64,000 nt of DNA from NCBI GenBank assembly GCA_951406725.2, contig OX597823.1, positions 76,260,001 through 76,324,000 of the forward strand, read 5' to 3'. Of the stretch, positions 42,278 to 55,562 are shown piece after piece; within the stretch, counting starts at the first letter, position 1; each line of letters begins with the position of its first letter. The translations under genes and the position numbers were made by a program. This DNA is from Octopus vulgaris. Its lineage: Eukaryota. The notes beneath the pieces were generated by a model that did not search any database, had not been told where the DNA came from, and saw nothing but the letters and a program-made list of their open reading frames with translations.

Positions 42278-42304
42278 ATGTATATATATATATGTATATA
42301 TATA

Positions 42305-43564
42305 TTAACCTTAAAATAGAAACATACATTTTTTACAAAGCCACAGACGCCAAACAATACCTTCTTTTTAATTCATGCCACCCAAGACACACTAAAACAA
42401 ACATCCCCTTCAACCTTGCAAGAAAGATATGCACAATAGTGTCAGAGCAAAGTACCAGGAACTTTAGACTGCAAGAACTCAAAAACACCCTAATTGACAG
42501 ACATTACCCAGCTCAACTCATAGAGGATGGGATCAGACGTGCAACAGAAATCAACATAGAAACTTTAAGAAAAGTTCAACACAACAACACACCTTCCCCG
42601 AAAATACTACCTTACATATCTACATACAACCCCAGAAACAAAGAAGCCTTCACCATCATCACCCAGAATTTACCAATACCTCATAAGGACCCCAAATTAA
42701 AGGAAATTCTAAACATACACCAAATCATTAAAAGCTACAAACAACCTAAATCACTTAAAAAGATTCTCACAAAGGCAAAATTGTTTTCTGAAATTACGGA
42801 TGCAAAAGTAAAAAAATATGGTAGACCGAACTGTGCAACATGTCCAAACCTGCTAGAAGGATCAGAATTCCTCTTCAAAGAGGGACAGAAATTCAAGATC
42901 AAACTTAATTTTACTTGTGCCTCTGAAAACATAATTCATGTCATAAAATGTTCGGGCTGCCACCAAGACTACGTGGGATCCACGGGACTATCACTCAGAC
43001 GTAGATGCACACTGCATCGACAACAGATTGCATTCCCAGAATACAGAATGATACCTTTTAGTGAGCACATTGAGAAATGCGCAGTGCAACTACTACCGCA
43101 ATTTTTAATCTTTCCATTTTACCAATGTGCTATCGGATCATCAACACAAACTAGACTAAACAAGGAAACATACTTCATTGAAAAGTACAAGCCCAGACTT
43201 AACCATTCCAACATACTTATGCAGAGAAATTCACCCCAAAGGAAAGGAAAACAATTTTAAGCGATTATCTCCCTTACACCGGAAGAAATCACTTATTACC
43301 TCCCCTTATTTAGAACTCTTTTCAACATAAACATAACGATAACTCTTCTAAACATAAACCTAACGACGTAAGAAATTTGAAAAGCTAAACGCGAAACCGG
43401 TCTTTCTTCTAAACTATGTCATTGTAAGAAAAATATTTATAATATTCTTCAGACATATTGACTTAAATATATATTCTTTAACCTTTTAAAACAAGCCTTC
43501 TGTAGTTTTTTCACTTTTTACTATTTTCTATATATTCAACCACGTGCTTTCACAAACCAACTTA

Positions 43565-43565
<1 letters not shown>
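42305..43565 (+). mobile_element. 5'-truncated Penelope-like element (Neptune-like): RT thumb, Cys linker, GIY-YIG endonuclease; ORF to 43260
   Basis: FYKATDAKQYLLFNSCHPRH..NIPF; GRPNCATC; FTCASENIIHVIKCSGCHQDYVGST..RRR..H; E.YFI..PRLN; TA tracts on both sides. Confidence 0.93.
43370..43408 (+). ncRNA. Minimal hammerhead motif with U3-A8 core variant
   Basis: AAGAAA-t-TTGAAAA-GCtaaacGC-GAAA-CCGG-TC-TTTCTT, in the PLE 3' UTR. Confidence 0.6.
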
Positions 43566-43630
<65 letters not shown>

Positions 43631-43937
43631 CAGACAGCCAGTCAACCACAGTTGAAACACTCCTGTCACAACCTGGGACCTTGAAAACTGCTTTAATGAA
43701 AGAAAGTATATTAGTCCCTTAATATTTGATATTCAATATTTCATCTATTCAATAAGACAATCAATACTTCATTTCATTTTACTAAGTATACTATTTATAC
43801 AATTTATTCTATATTCTGCATTAATATTATAAAGAATATAAATAAAACATAAAAAAACAGAGTTGGAAATCCTTTGAATGATATATATATACATATATAT
43901 ATACACACACACATATACATATATTATAATAATAATG

Positions 43938-44024
<87 letters not shown>

Positions 44025-44099
44025 GACAACAAAAGAACGAAACCTTGATATTAGATAAATAGAGGAACTATATATGCATGTATAGTTTAGGACAATCAA

Positions 44100-45730
44100 T
44101 AAGTTGTCATAATAGGACTCAGAGTTTCAAATGCTGAAGCTAAGAGCTACGATGCATTCTCATCGACTATTATGACAAGTTTATAACGACTTAAATAAAG
44201 AAGCTAGTATCATCGCCGCTAGGTTTAAATTACATAGAAAAAAGAGATCTTTTCAAAAAGAGAGGCCTTTATAACTATTAAGGACCATAAAATTAACTTC
44301 CTATCTAATTCTAAATCAAGATTAATTAACCCTGCAAAATCAGAAATTTGGATTATTAGTAAAGAAATTTTAAGAAACATCAATGCTAAAGTTAGAGGAG
44401 CAACTAATTTAGTACAATGGTCCGAGGCTATAGTAGAAGACACTTGCCCAAGGTGCCACGCAGTGGGAATGAACCCGGAACCATGTGGTTGGTAAACAAG
44501 CTACTTACCAGGAGTGGCTGTGTGGTAAGTAGCTTGTTTACCAACCACATGGTTCCGGGTTCATTCCCACTGCGTGGCACCTTGGGCAAGTGTCTTCTAC
44601 TATAGCCTCGGGCCGACCAAATTCTTGTGAGTGGATTTGGTAGACGGAAACTGAAAGAAGCCCGTCGTATATATGTATATATATGCGTGTGTGTGTTTGT
44701 GTGTCTGTGTTTGTCCCCCTAGCATTGCTTGACAACCGATGCTGGTGTGTTTATGTCCCCGTTACTTAGCGGTTCGGCAAAAAAGAGACCGATAGAATAA
44801 GTACTGGGCTTACAAAAGAATAAGTCCCGGGGTCGAGTTGCTCGATTAAAGGCGGTGCTCCAGCATGGCCTCAGTCAAATGACTGAAACAAGTAAAAGAG
44901 TAAAAGAGTAAAAGAGTAAAAGAGTAAGACTTACACAATTTGATATTGTAGATTTCGAATCATTTATTTCTAGAAAACTGTTAGATAAACCCCTCACTTT
45001 CGCAAGCGATTTTACAGAGATTAGTGAACAAGATAACGACATAATCCTCCATGCTAGAAAGACCTTTCTGTTCAGCGAGAACACAGTGGGTCAAGTCAGC
45101 TGACACAGAGGTTGCTTTCGATGTGAGCATGGGGTCATATGATGGAGCAAGCATATGCGATCTCATTGGGCTATTCCTGCTTGATACGTTAGGAAAAGCT
45201 TTTCCTGGTGTATATTTCGCTATTTATAAGGATGATGTTCTAGCTTTAACTAAGAATACCAATGGTCCAGCGCAAGATCGGTTAAGGAAGGATATTATCC
45301 ATCTTATGAAAACATTCGATCTGAACATAACAATAGGTACCAACCTGACGGTCACTTTCACGATTACAGCCAACGATTCCAGTCAACGCACAAGACAGCC
45401 ATTATACCCCCCCCCACACACACACACACAAAACACCACCACGTGGACTCTGTTGAGACTAGTAAGAAATAATTATGAACTTTTCTATTACACCTAACTT
45501 TTAAGATATTTTTGATAAGAACCGAAACGTGTAAAATCTCTAAGAAAATTAAAATTTATCTTATATAGTGGCGTTTTCAAACTTCATTTTATAAATATAT
45601 ACCAAGTCGTGTGCTTCTGGATCAGGGCATTACACAATTTGTGTCCCCGTGTTATCGTTAGCAATTATCTTTACTAATTAGGGGAGTACCTTGGGGTGTG
45701 TTATTTATTTTTAACTTGCTCCCTTTGTGT
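44100..45730 (+). mobile_element. Decayed Penelope-like RT fragment (possibly Naiad-like) with 3' end, interrupted by a SINE
   Basis: AFITIKDHK..RLINPAKSEI..QW / QFDIVDF / FDVSMGSYDGASICDLIG..IYKDDVL; degenerate HHR at 45445-45540. Confidence 0.85.
44422..44925 (+). mobile_element. Family B SINE with an 89 bp inverted duplication of its own 5' end
   Basis: 44422-44510 is the exact reverse complement of 44523-44611. Confidence 0.92.
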
Positions 45731-45731
45731 G

Positions 45732-45781
<50 letters not shown>

Positions 45782-45906
45782 CACAAAGGGAGCAAGTTAA
45801 AAGTAAATAACACACCCCAAGGTTCTCCCTTAATTAGTAAAAATAATTGCTAACGATAACACGGGGACACGAATTGTGTAATGCCCTTTATCCAGAAGCA
45901 CACGAC
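45606..45906. repeat. ~125 bp tail-to-tail inverted repeat around a TA tract
   Basis: gtcgtgtgcttctggat..ctccctttgtgt / acacaaagggag..atccagaagcacacgac. Confidence 0.9.
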
Positions 45907-45935
45907 AGAGGCACACAAAATACATATGCGTGTGT

Positions 45936-45967
<32 letters not shown>

Positions 45968-46262
45968 CTGTGTTAGTAGTGTGTTAAACGAAGCGTGTCA
46001 GCTCTTCTCTGCTCCGTTTTCTTCCAATTAAATTATTTTTTTCCTTCTTCACGAATCCCCATTGATCTGCCATATTTATATCGTAGGAATTGGCAGCGAC
46101 CTCTGCTGGTAACTTGAATTATCCCACCTTCGTGTACAAGATCTTTCTCTCTCTTTTACTTTCGCTCCCACTTTTTCTCTCCCTCCCTCTCACTCTCACC
46201 TTTCTTTCTCCATCTCCCTCTCCCGCCTATTACTTCCTTCCTTCCTACTTTATATATATATA

Positions 46263-47084
46263 CTAGCAGTATAGCCCAGCGTTGCTCGGTTTTCAGTTGC
46301 GCTTAAAACGGCAGAATTTTGATGCCGCGTTAACAAAGTTTTAACATAGTTTCAATCTATGAAGAAAAGTATAGTGTGGCGATGCTCGAGTTTGCTCTGA
46401 AGGTGCTGCAAATGTGTAATGCCGACTTAAATTGTTGGTATTGTTGGTTAATAAATCCTTCTATTAACATTATGGAGAAAAAAAATTACTCGTAGCATTA
46501 AAGCAAAATGAAGCTCAAGTTTCGAACTGCACTGAAAATCTGTTAAGAAGTTAACTCTGCAAGGGTATTCATTAAGAAAAAGTACAGGAAAATCCAAAAC
46601 GTTAGTAAGAACAGTTTGTGGTTACAAAAAAAAAATGTTATTTTGAAGCCAAACGGGTGGGCAACATGAATCGTGGTTATACCTGTGAATTGAATAAAAT
46701 CGACTATTTTATATCATGTATAACTAAGAAAAAATCTGCAAAATCAAAACATACCCATTGAAGACTTGATTTGAACATCGTAGATAGTAACAGCATGCAG
46801 ATCGCACTTTGTCTGGTTGAAATACACCGAAAAATGGCGATACAACAGTCAAAAGATCGTAAAAAATAGGGATTTTCATAGAAAAAAAAAGAACCTTTTT
46901 GATGTAAATAATTTTTGGTCTTAAAATGGTCCGATTTGAATTTCTTTTCTTTTGCGGAATGAAGAGCAAGCCTTGTTCTATCATACTGTCAATTTTGGTC
47001 AACTTGCGTTGCAGGGTCTCGGAGGAGATAGTGTTAGTTGAAAGGTACCAAACCTACCACACACACACACACAGACAACTTCAG

Positions 47085-47100
<16 letters not shown>
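46263..47100 (-). mobile_element. Non-autonomous Helitron
   Basis: 5' tatatataaagctgaagttgtctgtgtgtg; 3' hairpin ccgagcaacgctggg then CTAG|T. Confidence 0.8.
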
Positions 47101-47128
<28 letters not shown>

Positions 47129-48020
47129 TAGAAAAAAACACCTTTTATTAATTCAATAATGAAAACATTAAATTATACCATTTAGAAAAATTACATCTTA
47201 TAGAAAGATTAAATAAAAGATAAAACATATACCAATGATTACGTAATGTGCAAAATAATAAATAAAACGTATATATTTGGTAGAATACCAAATATATACG
47301 TTTTATGTATATAACCACTAAGCCACGCATGTATTTATGTATATATGTATGTATTTGTGTATGTATGTATGTATGTATGTATGTATGTATGTATGTATGT
47401 ATGTATGTATGTATGTATGTATGTATGTATGTATAAGCTCACGCAGTAAATGAGGACCCGATTCTCTCCACCAACGTCGCTGAAAAAGCCGAAGTAAGTT
47501 TTACTTGGAGAATAATCCTGACTTGTCCTAACAACGGTTCAGAACTTGTTCGAATCAATATGTCTTCGTAATAAAACTGCGATTGATGACAATTTGTGAC
47601 AATTTGTACCCTCTCCAAATTGCACAATAAAACTTCCATTTAGAAATGTGTTTCCATTATTTGTCGAAACCATGTAATATACACAAATATGTATACGCAT
47701 GTTTTCTAATTAATATTAACTAAATCGTATCTACAAGATTCATATTGCTAATTATACATACATACATATGTATATACATATATATATGTGTGTGTGTGTG
47801 TGTGTATGTGTGTGTGTGTGTGTGTATGTATATATACATATATGTATATGTAAAAAAATACAAACTGGGACAAGAACGCAAAACATTTAGAAGACGATAC
47901 AAAAAACACGGACGGGACATTCGAAGCCTTCAATCTTCAGTCAAGAACCGGATCATCCTCGCAATTTCGGCTGATACATACATATACATACACACACACA
48001 CACTCACACACATAAATATG

Positions 48021-48093
<73 letters not shown>

Positions 48094-48965
48094 ATATTAA
48101 TATATATATACGTATGTATATATTCTATATATGTGTATGTGTGTGTGTGTAAATATACATATATATACACACACACACACGCACACTTTTAACTAACTAC
48201 ACATATTTCATACATCAACATGGAGGCTTGCGATAAACATTTATCACTTCACACACCCTTCTTGCTTCTATACGATGCAACATGTTTTACTCGTATATTT
48301 TCCATTCTTTTCTTTCTTATCTCTAATCTCTTATTCTTTCATCCCTCCCACTTTTCCTTTTCATCTTCTATAAATAAGAAGTTTCCGTAAATCGTTCCCA
48401 ATTTTCTCTTTCTCTCTCTTACTCTCTCACATCCATACTCTCTCTCTCTATCTCTCTCTCTTTTTTTTCGTTTTTTGTCCGCTCCAAAATGGAGATTGTT
48501 CTGCCAAGTGTTTATCGAAATACATAAATATAGATGTTTTTCAGCTGTCATCAAAGCAAGTTCTTGGAAACTACAACTTCTCCTCAACTTATCCTAACAC
48601 GTACAGGCACATACAACACGAACACAGACGCACTCAGCCATGCGCGCACACAGTTTATAGCTATCTCTCTGTCTCTCTATCTATCTGTCAGTCTACCTAC
48701 CTATCTGCCTACCGACCGACCGACCGACCTACCTACCTACCTACCTACCTACTTATCTATCATTCTATCCTTTCCTCCAGCTAAGGCATAGCTGAACTAC
48801 ATCCGTCGATGGTTTAGCTGGCCGAAATTTCCAAGTCAGTCAATAACATTAGTTCATAAGAATAAAGAATTTATAGTCTAAAGTATAGAGTAGCCCACCA
48901 AATTAATGTAAAATGGTTTTCATTATAACTGAACATACAAAACAACATATATATATATATATATA

Positions 48966-49095
48966 GGTGTAGGAGTGGCTGTGTAGTAAGTAGTTTGCTT
49001 ACCAACCACGTCTCTTCTACTATAGCCTCGGACTGACCAAAGCCTTGTGAGTGGATTTGGTAGATGGAAACTGAAAGAAGCCCGTCGTATATATG

Positions 49096-49153
<58 letters not shown>

Positions 49154-49370
49154 TGTATCTGTGTGTGTTTGTGTGTTTGTGTTTGTTCCTCCAACATCAC
49201 TTGACAACCAATGCTGGTGTGTTTACGTCCCCGTAACTTAGCGGTTCGGCAAAAGAGACCGATAGAATAAGTCCTAGGCTTAGAAAGAATAAGTCCTGAG
49301 GTCAACTTGCTCGACTAAAGGCGGTGCTGCTGCATGGCCACAGTCAAATGACTGAAACAAGTAAAAGAGT
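48966..49370 (+). mobile_element. SINE family B with a head deletion
   Basis: accaaccac joined to gtctcttctactatag. Confidence 0.88.
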
Positions 49371-49589
49371 ATATCTTCATGTAGCCCTATGGCTACATTC
49401 TGTTTATTTATTTGGTTTTTGTCCCTCATTCGTCCACTAACGGTCTTGTCTTGAATTACATTTATTCATTTTCGTATGCCCACCTCTGTATCGCTTGTTA
49501 ACCGTATGTTGTTTGTTCTCCGTCCCATATTCCCGGCAACTCCTGCCGGTACCACCAGATGGGAAGTAATATTCTTTTCTACTCCAGAC

Positions 49590-49770
49590 ACAAAGCCCAA
49601 AATTGTCGATTAGATCTACCCTAGTATGCAACTGGTACTTAATTTATCGACCCCGAAAGGATAAAAGGCAAAGTCGACCTCGGCGGAATTTGAACTCAGA
49701 ACGTAAAGACAGACGAAATACTGCGAAGCATTTCGCCCGGCGTGCTAACGTTTTTGCCAGCTCGCCGCCT
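49590..49770 (-). mobile_element. SINE family A
   Basis: Approximate TSD agatgggaagtaatat/agataggaagtaatat. Confidence 0.88.
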
Positions 49771-50011
49771 TAGATAGGAAGTAATATCATCGTTAAAGGC
49801 AGTAAACTGCTTTTGACTTTCTGATCAATAAGTGATGCGGAGTTGGAGACCTTTTCTATCTGTTTTCCGTTTGTCTGTGATTTTATTATGTGATTTTTAA
49901 CTTGCCATGCTGTGTATTTTTCGTTTGTGGATTTACTAAGCGTTTTTTAAACTTTCATATGTGTGTGATTATGTATGTATCTATGTATGTATATGTATAC
50001 ATATATACGTG

Positions 50012-50057
<46 letters not shown>

Positions 50058-50070
50058 CTTTTGTATATAC

Positions 50071-50253
<183 letters not shown>

Positions 50254-50730
50254 TATAAATATTTCCAAACATGTATATACACAAATATAGATATATAGAG
50301 CGAAATACATCTGAGCCGAGTATTTTTTTGTCTATCAAAATATCTATGATCAGCGTCTAAATGATGATACCACCAATTTTTCGGAACTCTCAATAATTTT
50401 ATTGGTGTTTCGTATTTTAATAACTGCATGTTATGGATTAATGAACCGATTTATTTGCAACCATTTCCATATAAAAAGGGCTTCCACAACCAGCAATACA
50501 ATATTAAAATAAAAATAATTTATTCTCGCGCTGACTTTCTTCATCGAAAATTAATGGATTCCGGAATGAATATTTGAGAATTGTCGTAATAAATAATATT
50601 TTTTTATTTCATTTTATATACGTACGCCTCTGTATATACAAGTGAGTGTATGTATGTATTATACACTTACACACAAACATATATATATAACATATATGTA
50701 CTAGATTTAAATATAAATACGTATGTATAC

Positions 50731-50778
<48 letters not shown>

Positions 50779-50948
50779 TCAGAGCTGTTCCAAACAAGCT
50801 CAACAGTGAAACGTACGTAGGCACAAATAGTATAAGTTTGTGCTTATCGATTTCTCCCACTTCTGATCTGTTTAACATAACCAGTAATACTAGAAACTAT
50901 AGTTCTATACCGGAACCGGAAACAAAATGTATAATGAAAGCAATACAC

Positions 50949-50984
<36 letters not shown>

Positions 50985-51099
50985 CTAATTGTTTACCGAA
51001 TGTATTTTTACTTTCATTGCTAAGCATCGTGGTGTCATTATTCAAACTCGTAAAAGTCCTCAATAATTTCTATATGAGTTAGGTGACTAAGATATTTCT

Positions 51100-51515
51100 T
51101 ATTTCTTTATTGCCCACAAGGGGCTACACACAGAGGGGACAAACAAGGACAGACAAAGGGGTTAGGTAGATTATATCGACCCCAGTGCGTAACTGGAACT
51201 TATTTAATCGACCCTGAAAGGATGAAAGGCAAAGTCGACCTCGGCGGAATTTGAACTCAGAACGTAACTGCCGACAAACTACCTATTTCTTTCCAACCCA
51301 CAAGAAGCTAAACACAGAGAGGACAAACAAGGACAGACAAAGGGGTTAGGTCGATTATATCGACCCCAGTGCGTAACTGGTACTTATTTAATCGACCCCG
51401 AAAGGATGAAAGGCAAAGTCGACATCGGCGGAATTTGAACTCAGAGCGTAGCGGCAGACGAAATACCGCTAAGTATTTCGCCCGGCGTGCTAACGTTTCT
51501 GCCAGCTCGCCGCCT
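51100..51515 (-). mobile_element. Family A SINE dimer
   Basis: TSD gtgactaa(g/a)atatttct at 51083 and 51517. Confidence 0.92.
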
Positions 51516-52759
51516 TGTGACTAAAATATTTCTCAGTTAGTCTCACCCTCATTGAATTTATACACAATATTCTCTTTACAATACATACAATTGGAAAAGT
51601 ATCATTTGAATTAATATTTCTGTCGTAGTTTTGATACAAGTTCTACCTTTAAGTTCATCGTTTTCAGTTACGCTGATTCTTAGCGATCATTTGGGACTTT
51701 TGACACTGATCTTACATTGTGAAGAAATCTGCTCGTATATTCCAATGATTTCAAGATTATGCTCCCTTTTTCTGTCATGTTTCTACATTGCCACCGAATG
51801 CCGAACAATCGGTTGATTACATGTTGCAACGTTAATCCCTTTTGTCACTCCAGCAATCACCGAATCAATGACAAGGCATTCCGTTTGAACTAAGATTTGT
51901 GTTCAATTCATACATCGCAACATTTTTTTTATGTTGTCCTCTGTGTCATCATCAGCCTCCTTATCATTAATAATTTTTTTTTCTTTTATTATCTTGCCGT
52001 TTTGATTGGATAGAGGATTCAATTCCGCCCTTCTCAGCAACTAGCTTCACTTCATTTTAAAAAAATCTCTTTGCCATTTCTCTCATAAATCTTTAAGATT
52101 GTTAAAGAGCGACTTTGAAATATTTGTTTCTTCTAAAGCGTCTATCGATTGTATGGCATGATTTCTTCTGTTGATTTCCATGAGAATTTTTAGCTACAAT
52201 GATGACTTAAATGAAGGTCGACGCCCAATTTGATCCCTTTATCATAGACTTCTTTTATTATATTTGGTTTGCTTTGACCGATAGATTTCTGTCACTCAAT
52301 ACCACTCACCCCTCGACTGAGTAATCTTGTGTTGTAATTTACTCAGTGCCTACACAGCTGCTCGTGCTACGTATGAGCACCTAGTACACTCAGTAAAGTG
52401 GTATTTGGCATTTCGTATTTTAATAACTGCATGTTACGGATTAATGAACCGATTTATTTGCAAACATTTCCGTATACAAAAAGGGCTTCCACAACCACAA
52501 AGCGAACAGCAGGGGTTGGGGCAGTCACGTAACTTTCCAGTTCCCGTGGAACCCTCTAACCAATGCCATCCTGGAAAACAGAAGTTAAATGATGATGATG
52601 ATACACTCACACACACATACACACGTACACACACACGCGCATACACGCGCACACATATACATACATACATACACACACACACATACATACATACATACAT
52701 ACATACATACATACATACATACATACATACATACATGGATACATACATGCATACGTACA

Positions 52760-53860
52760 TAGAACTGAACAATGAAGAGAACAATATCCGAGTACCGGCA
52801 GTGATCTGTCTTCCTGAATACCACCCATACAAACCCAAAACAACCGGAATAACATACCTTAAAGATCTGGGTGGGAAACGATCAGCATGCCAAAAATAGA
52901 AGTCAGTAATATTGACATGAAACAAAACCTCTCTTGTAATTGCTACATCTCAGCACACTTCGAAGGCTACTCACTTGCAATCCAAGAATAGGAGATTGCT
53001 TCCAAATGCCTAAACAACAAAAGAGATAGTAAGCGCTTGGAGTAATATATCTGTGGAAGACATCACATACGTGATTAGCAGCTGCCTAAAAATGTCATCA
53101 AGTTACTGCTTCCTTATGCAACACGACGTTGTCGCAAAAAAATTCAAGATGTCATTCAGAAAAAAAAAGGAGATTGTCCTGGAATAAATATAGAGAATCC
53201 CGCAGATATTGAATACGTGCATAAACATCGAATACAAGTGGAACGTTCCCATCAAAACCTCTGTCAGGTGTAAATATAATGGATATTGACGTTTAAGAAT
53301 GACAAGAAAAAAGTAAGCACCGCATAGAGGTTAGCTGTCCAGCTGATGTGAATATCTTCGAAAATCCAAGAAAAAGATGATAACTATGGACTATTTCTTC
53401 CAGATATCCAGCTTCTATTATAAATTCATATTGATACCAATAATAACTGGGGACCTTGGATTTGGGAGTAAATACCTAAGTGACTATCTAGATAAGCTTG
53501 GATTTTAGAAAAAGTAATCAACCAGATATCCAGCTTCTATTATAAATTCATATTGATACCAATAATAACTGGGGACCTTGGATTTGGGAGTAAATACCTA
53601 AGTGACTATCTAGATAAGCTTGGATTTTAGAAAAAGTAATCAACCAGATATCCAGCTTCTATTATAAATTCATATTGATACCAATAATAACTGGGGACCT
53701 TTGATTTGGGAGTAAATACCTAAGTGACAATCTAGATAAGCTTGGATTTTAGAAAAAGTAATCAACCAGCTTGCAACTAATAAATGCAATCTGTAAGTGG
53801 AACAGTAAAAATATGCAAGACTTTTCTCAAGTTTTCAATGTGACATTGCTGTTTTGTTAT
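52760..53860 (+). mobile_element. Decayed R4/Dong-like LINE 3' fragment containing a 122 bp x3 tandem repeat (53400-53769)
   Basis: HFEGYSLAIQE, VEDITYVISSC.KM, QHDVVAK, EVSCPADVNI; repeat units start at 53400, 53522 and 53644. Confidence 0.8.
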
Positions 53861-54323
53861 CTACATTCCAACAATTGATCTTTATATCTTTGATAGAAAC
53901 CAGCTCCCTCCTTGGAGGAAGAATTTAGATAATTAGAAACAGAGGAGAACACATAGATATGTACTCTGCTACCTACCAACCTGGTACTTATTTAATCGAT
54001 CCCGAAGGGATGAAAGGCAAAGTCGACCTCGGTGGAATTTGAACTCAGAACGTAGCAGCAGGCGAAATACTGCTAAGCATTTCACCCAGCGTGCTAACGA
54101 TTCTGCCAGCTCGCTGCCTTTGTTCCTACCTACCTACCTACCTACCTACCTACATACATACATACATACATACATACATACATACATACATACATACATA
54201 CGTACGTACGTACATACATACATACATACATACATACATACTTACCTACCTACCTATCTACGTGCCTACCTACCTACCTACATACATACATGCATCCATA
54301 CATATGCGCGTGCCTGTGTGTGT

Positions 54324-54389
<66 letters not shown>

Positions 54390-55065
54390 TGTCCAACAAT
54401 AATTACTGTAACCAGAATCTAACATTTGAAAACTTATAACTGTAATTACTAGGTGCATCCTTGTTCAATACGATATACATCGCATTACATTCAAAAGGTA
54501 CGAAATTAAAACCAGAAAATTGGAAGCCCAACGAAAGACTGAAATCTATTGTTGTCATTAAGGACACAACATATTAAAAATAAGAAAACTATTTTCAATT
54601 TTTACTCCATCAATACATTGCTTAAGTTGCACTGCAGGAACCATCTTTTGCCATATCTATCTGTGCTCTCGTTCTCCTTCTTTTTCGTCTGATGTATTCA
54701 GTTACTTGTTTGATATCTCAGAGCTTTCCTTCGTCTATAGTTCATTTATATTATTGTTACTTTCACCACAATATGAACGTCAAAGAAAATCGCTGAATTG
54801 CGTTTTGAATGTTCCTCAATGTTTGTAAGTGAATATTTGCAACAGATTCAGAAGCACTATAGAGAATAATGGTAGTACTTGGTTGCGTGTAGTTTAATGG
54901 TATTATTGAGTTTTCACGTGAATGTATATGTATTTATATCACTGTACATATGTACATATGTATGTATGTATGCATGTATATATGCATCTATGCATCTATC
55001 TATTTATATGCATACATACACATGTGTGTACGTGTTTGTGTGTGTGTGTGCGTGCGCACGGCGTG

Positions 55066-55102
<37 letters not shown>

Positions 55103-55106
<4 letters not shown>

Positions 55107-55285
55107 AGAGCTTAAGAAAAAAACAAAAGACGAAGACAGGTGGTGTACAAAACAAACAGATGTCTTAGTATAACGCTCAAGAATAGAAAAAGTCCTTTAC
55201 GTTTCGAGCCTACGCTCTTCTACAGAAAGGGACACAGAAAAAAACAAGGAGAAAAACAAGGAGAGAAAAAAAGGAGAGAAAAAAC
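55103..55285 (-). mobile_element. Solo PLE 3' end with HHR-like motif (55192-55232)
   Basis: cctttCTGTAGAAGAGCgtagGCTCGAAACGTAaagg; TA tracts on both sides. Confidence 0.78.
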
Positions 55286-55321
<36 letters not shown>

Positions 55322-55470
55322 AAATGGTAATAGTATCTATTAAAACTAATATTAATATGAGGAAACAAATTTCAGTAAATTCACAGAAATATGGATAAAC
55401 CGGAGGAAGCTAGGATGGAAGACATTCCTCGAAAGAGCTATCTCTTTACAAAACATCATATATATATGAG

Positions 55471-55504
<34 letters not shown>

Positions 55505-55521
55505 TACACACACACACACAT

Positions 55522-55562
<41 letters not shown>

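Noticed and set aside
53400-53769. CRISPR-like array
   Set aside because: Pure tandem repeat with no unique spacers, in a eukaryotic context; the same applies to the ~65 bp units at 4750-4980.
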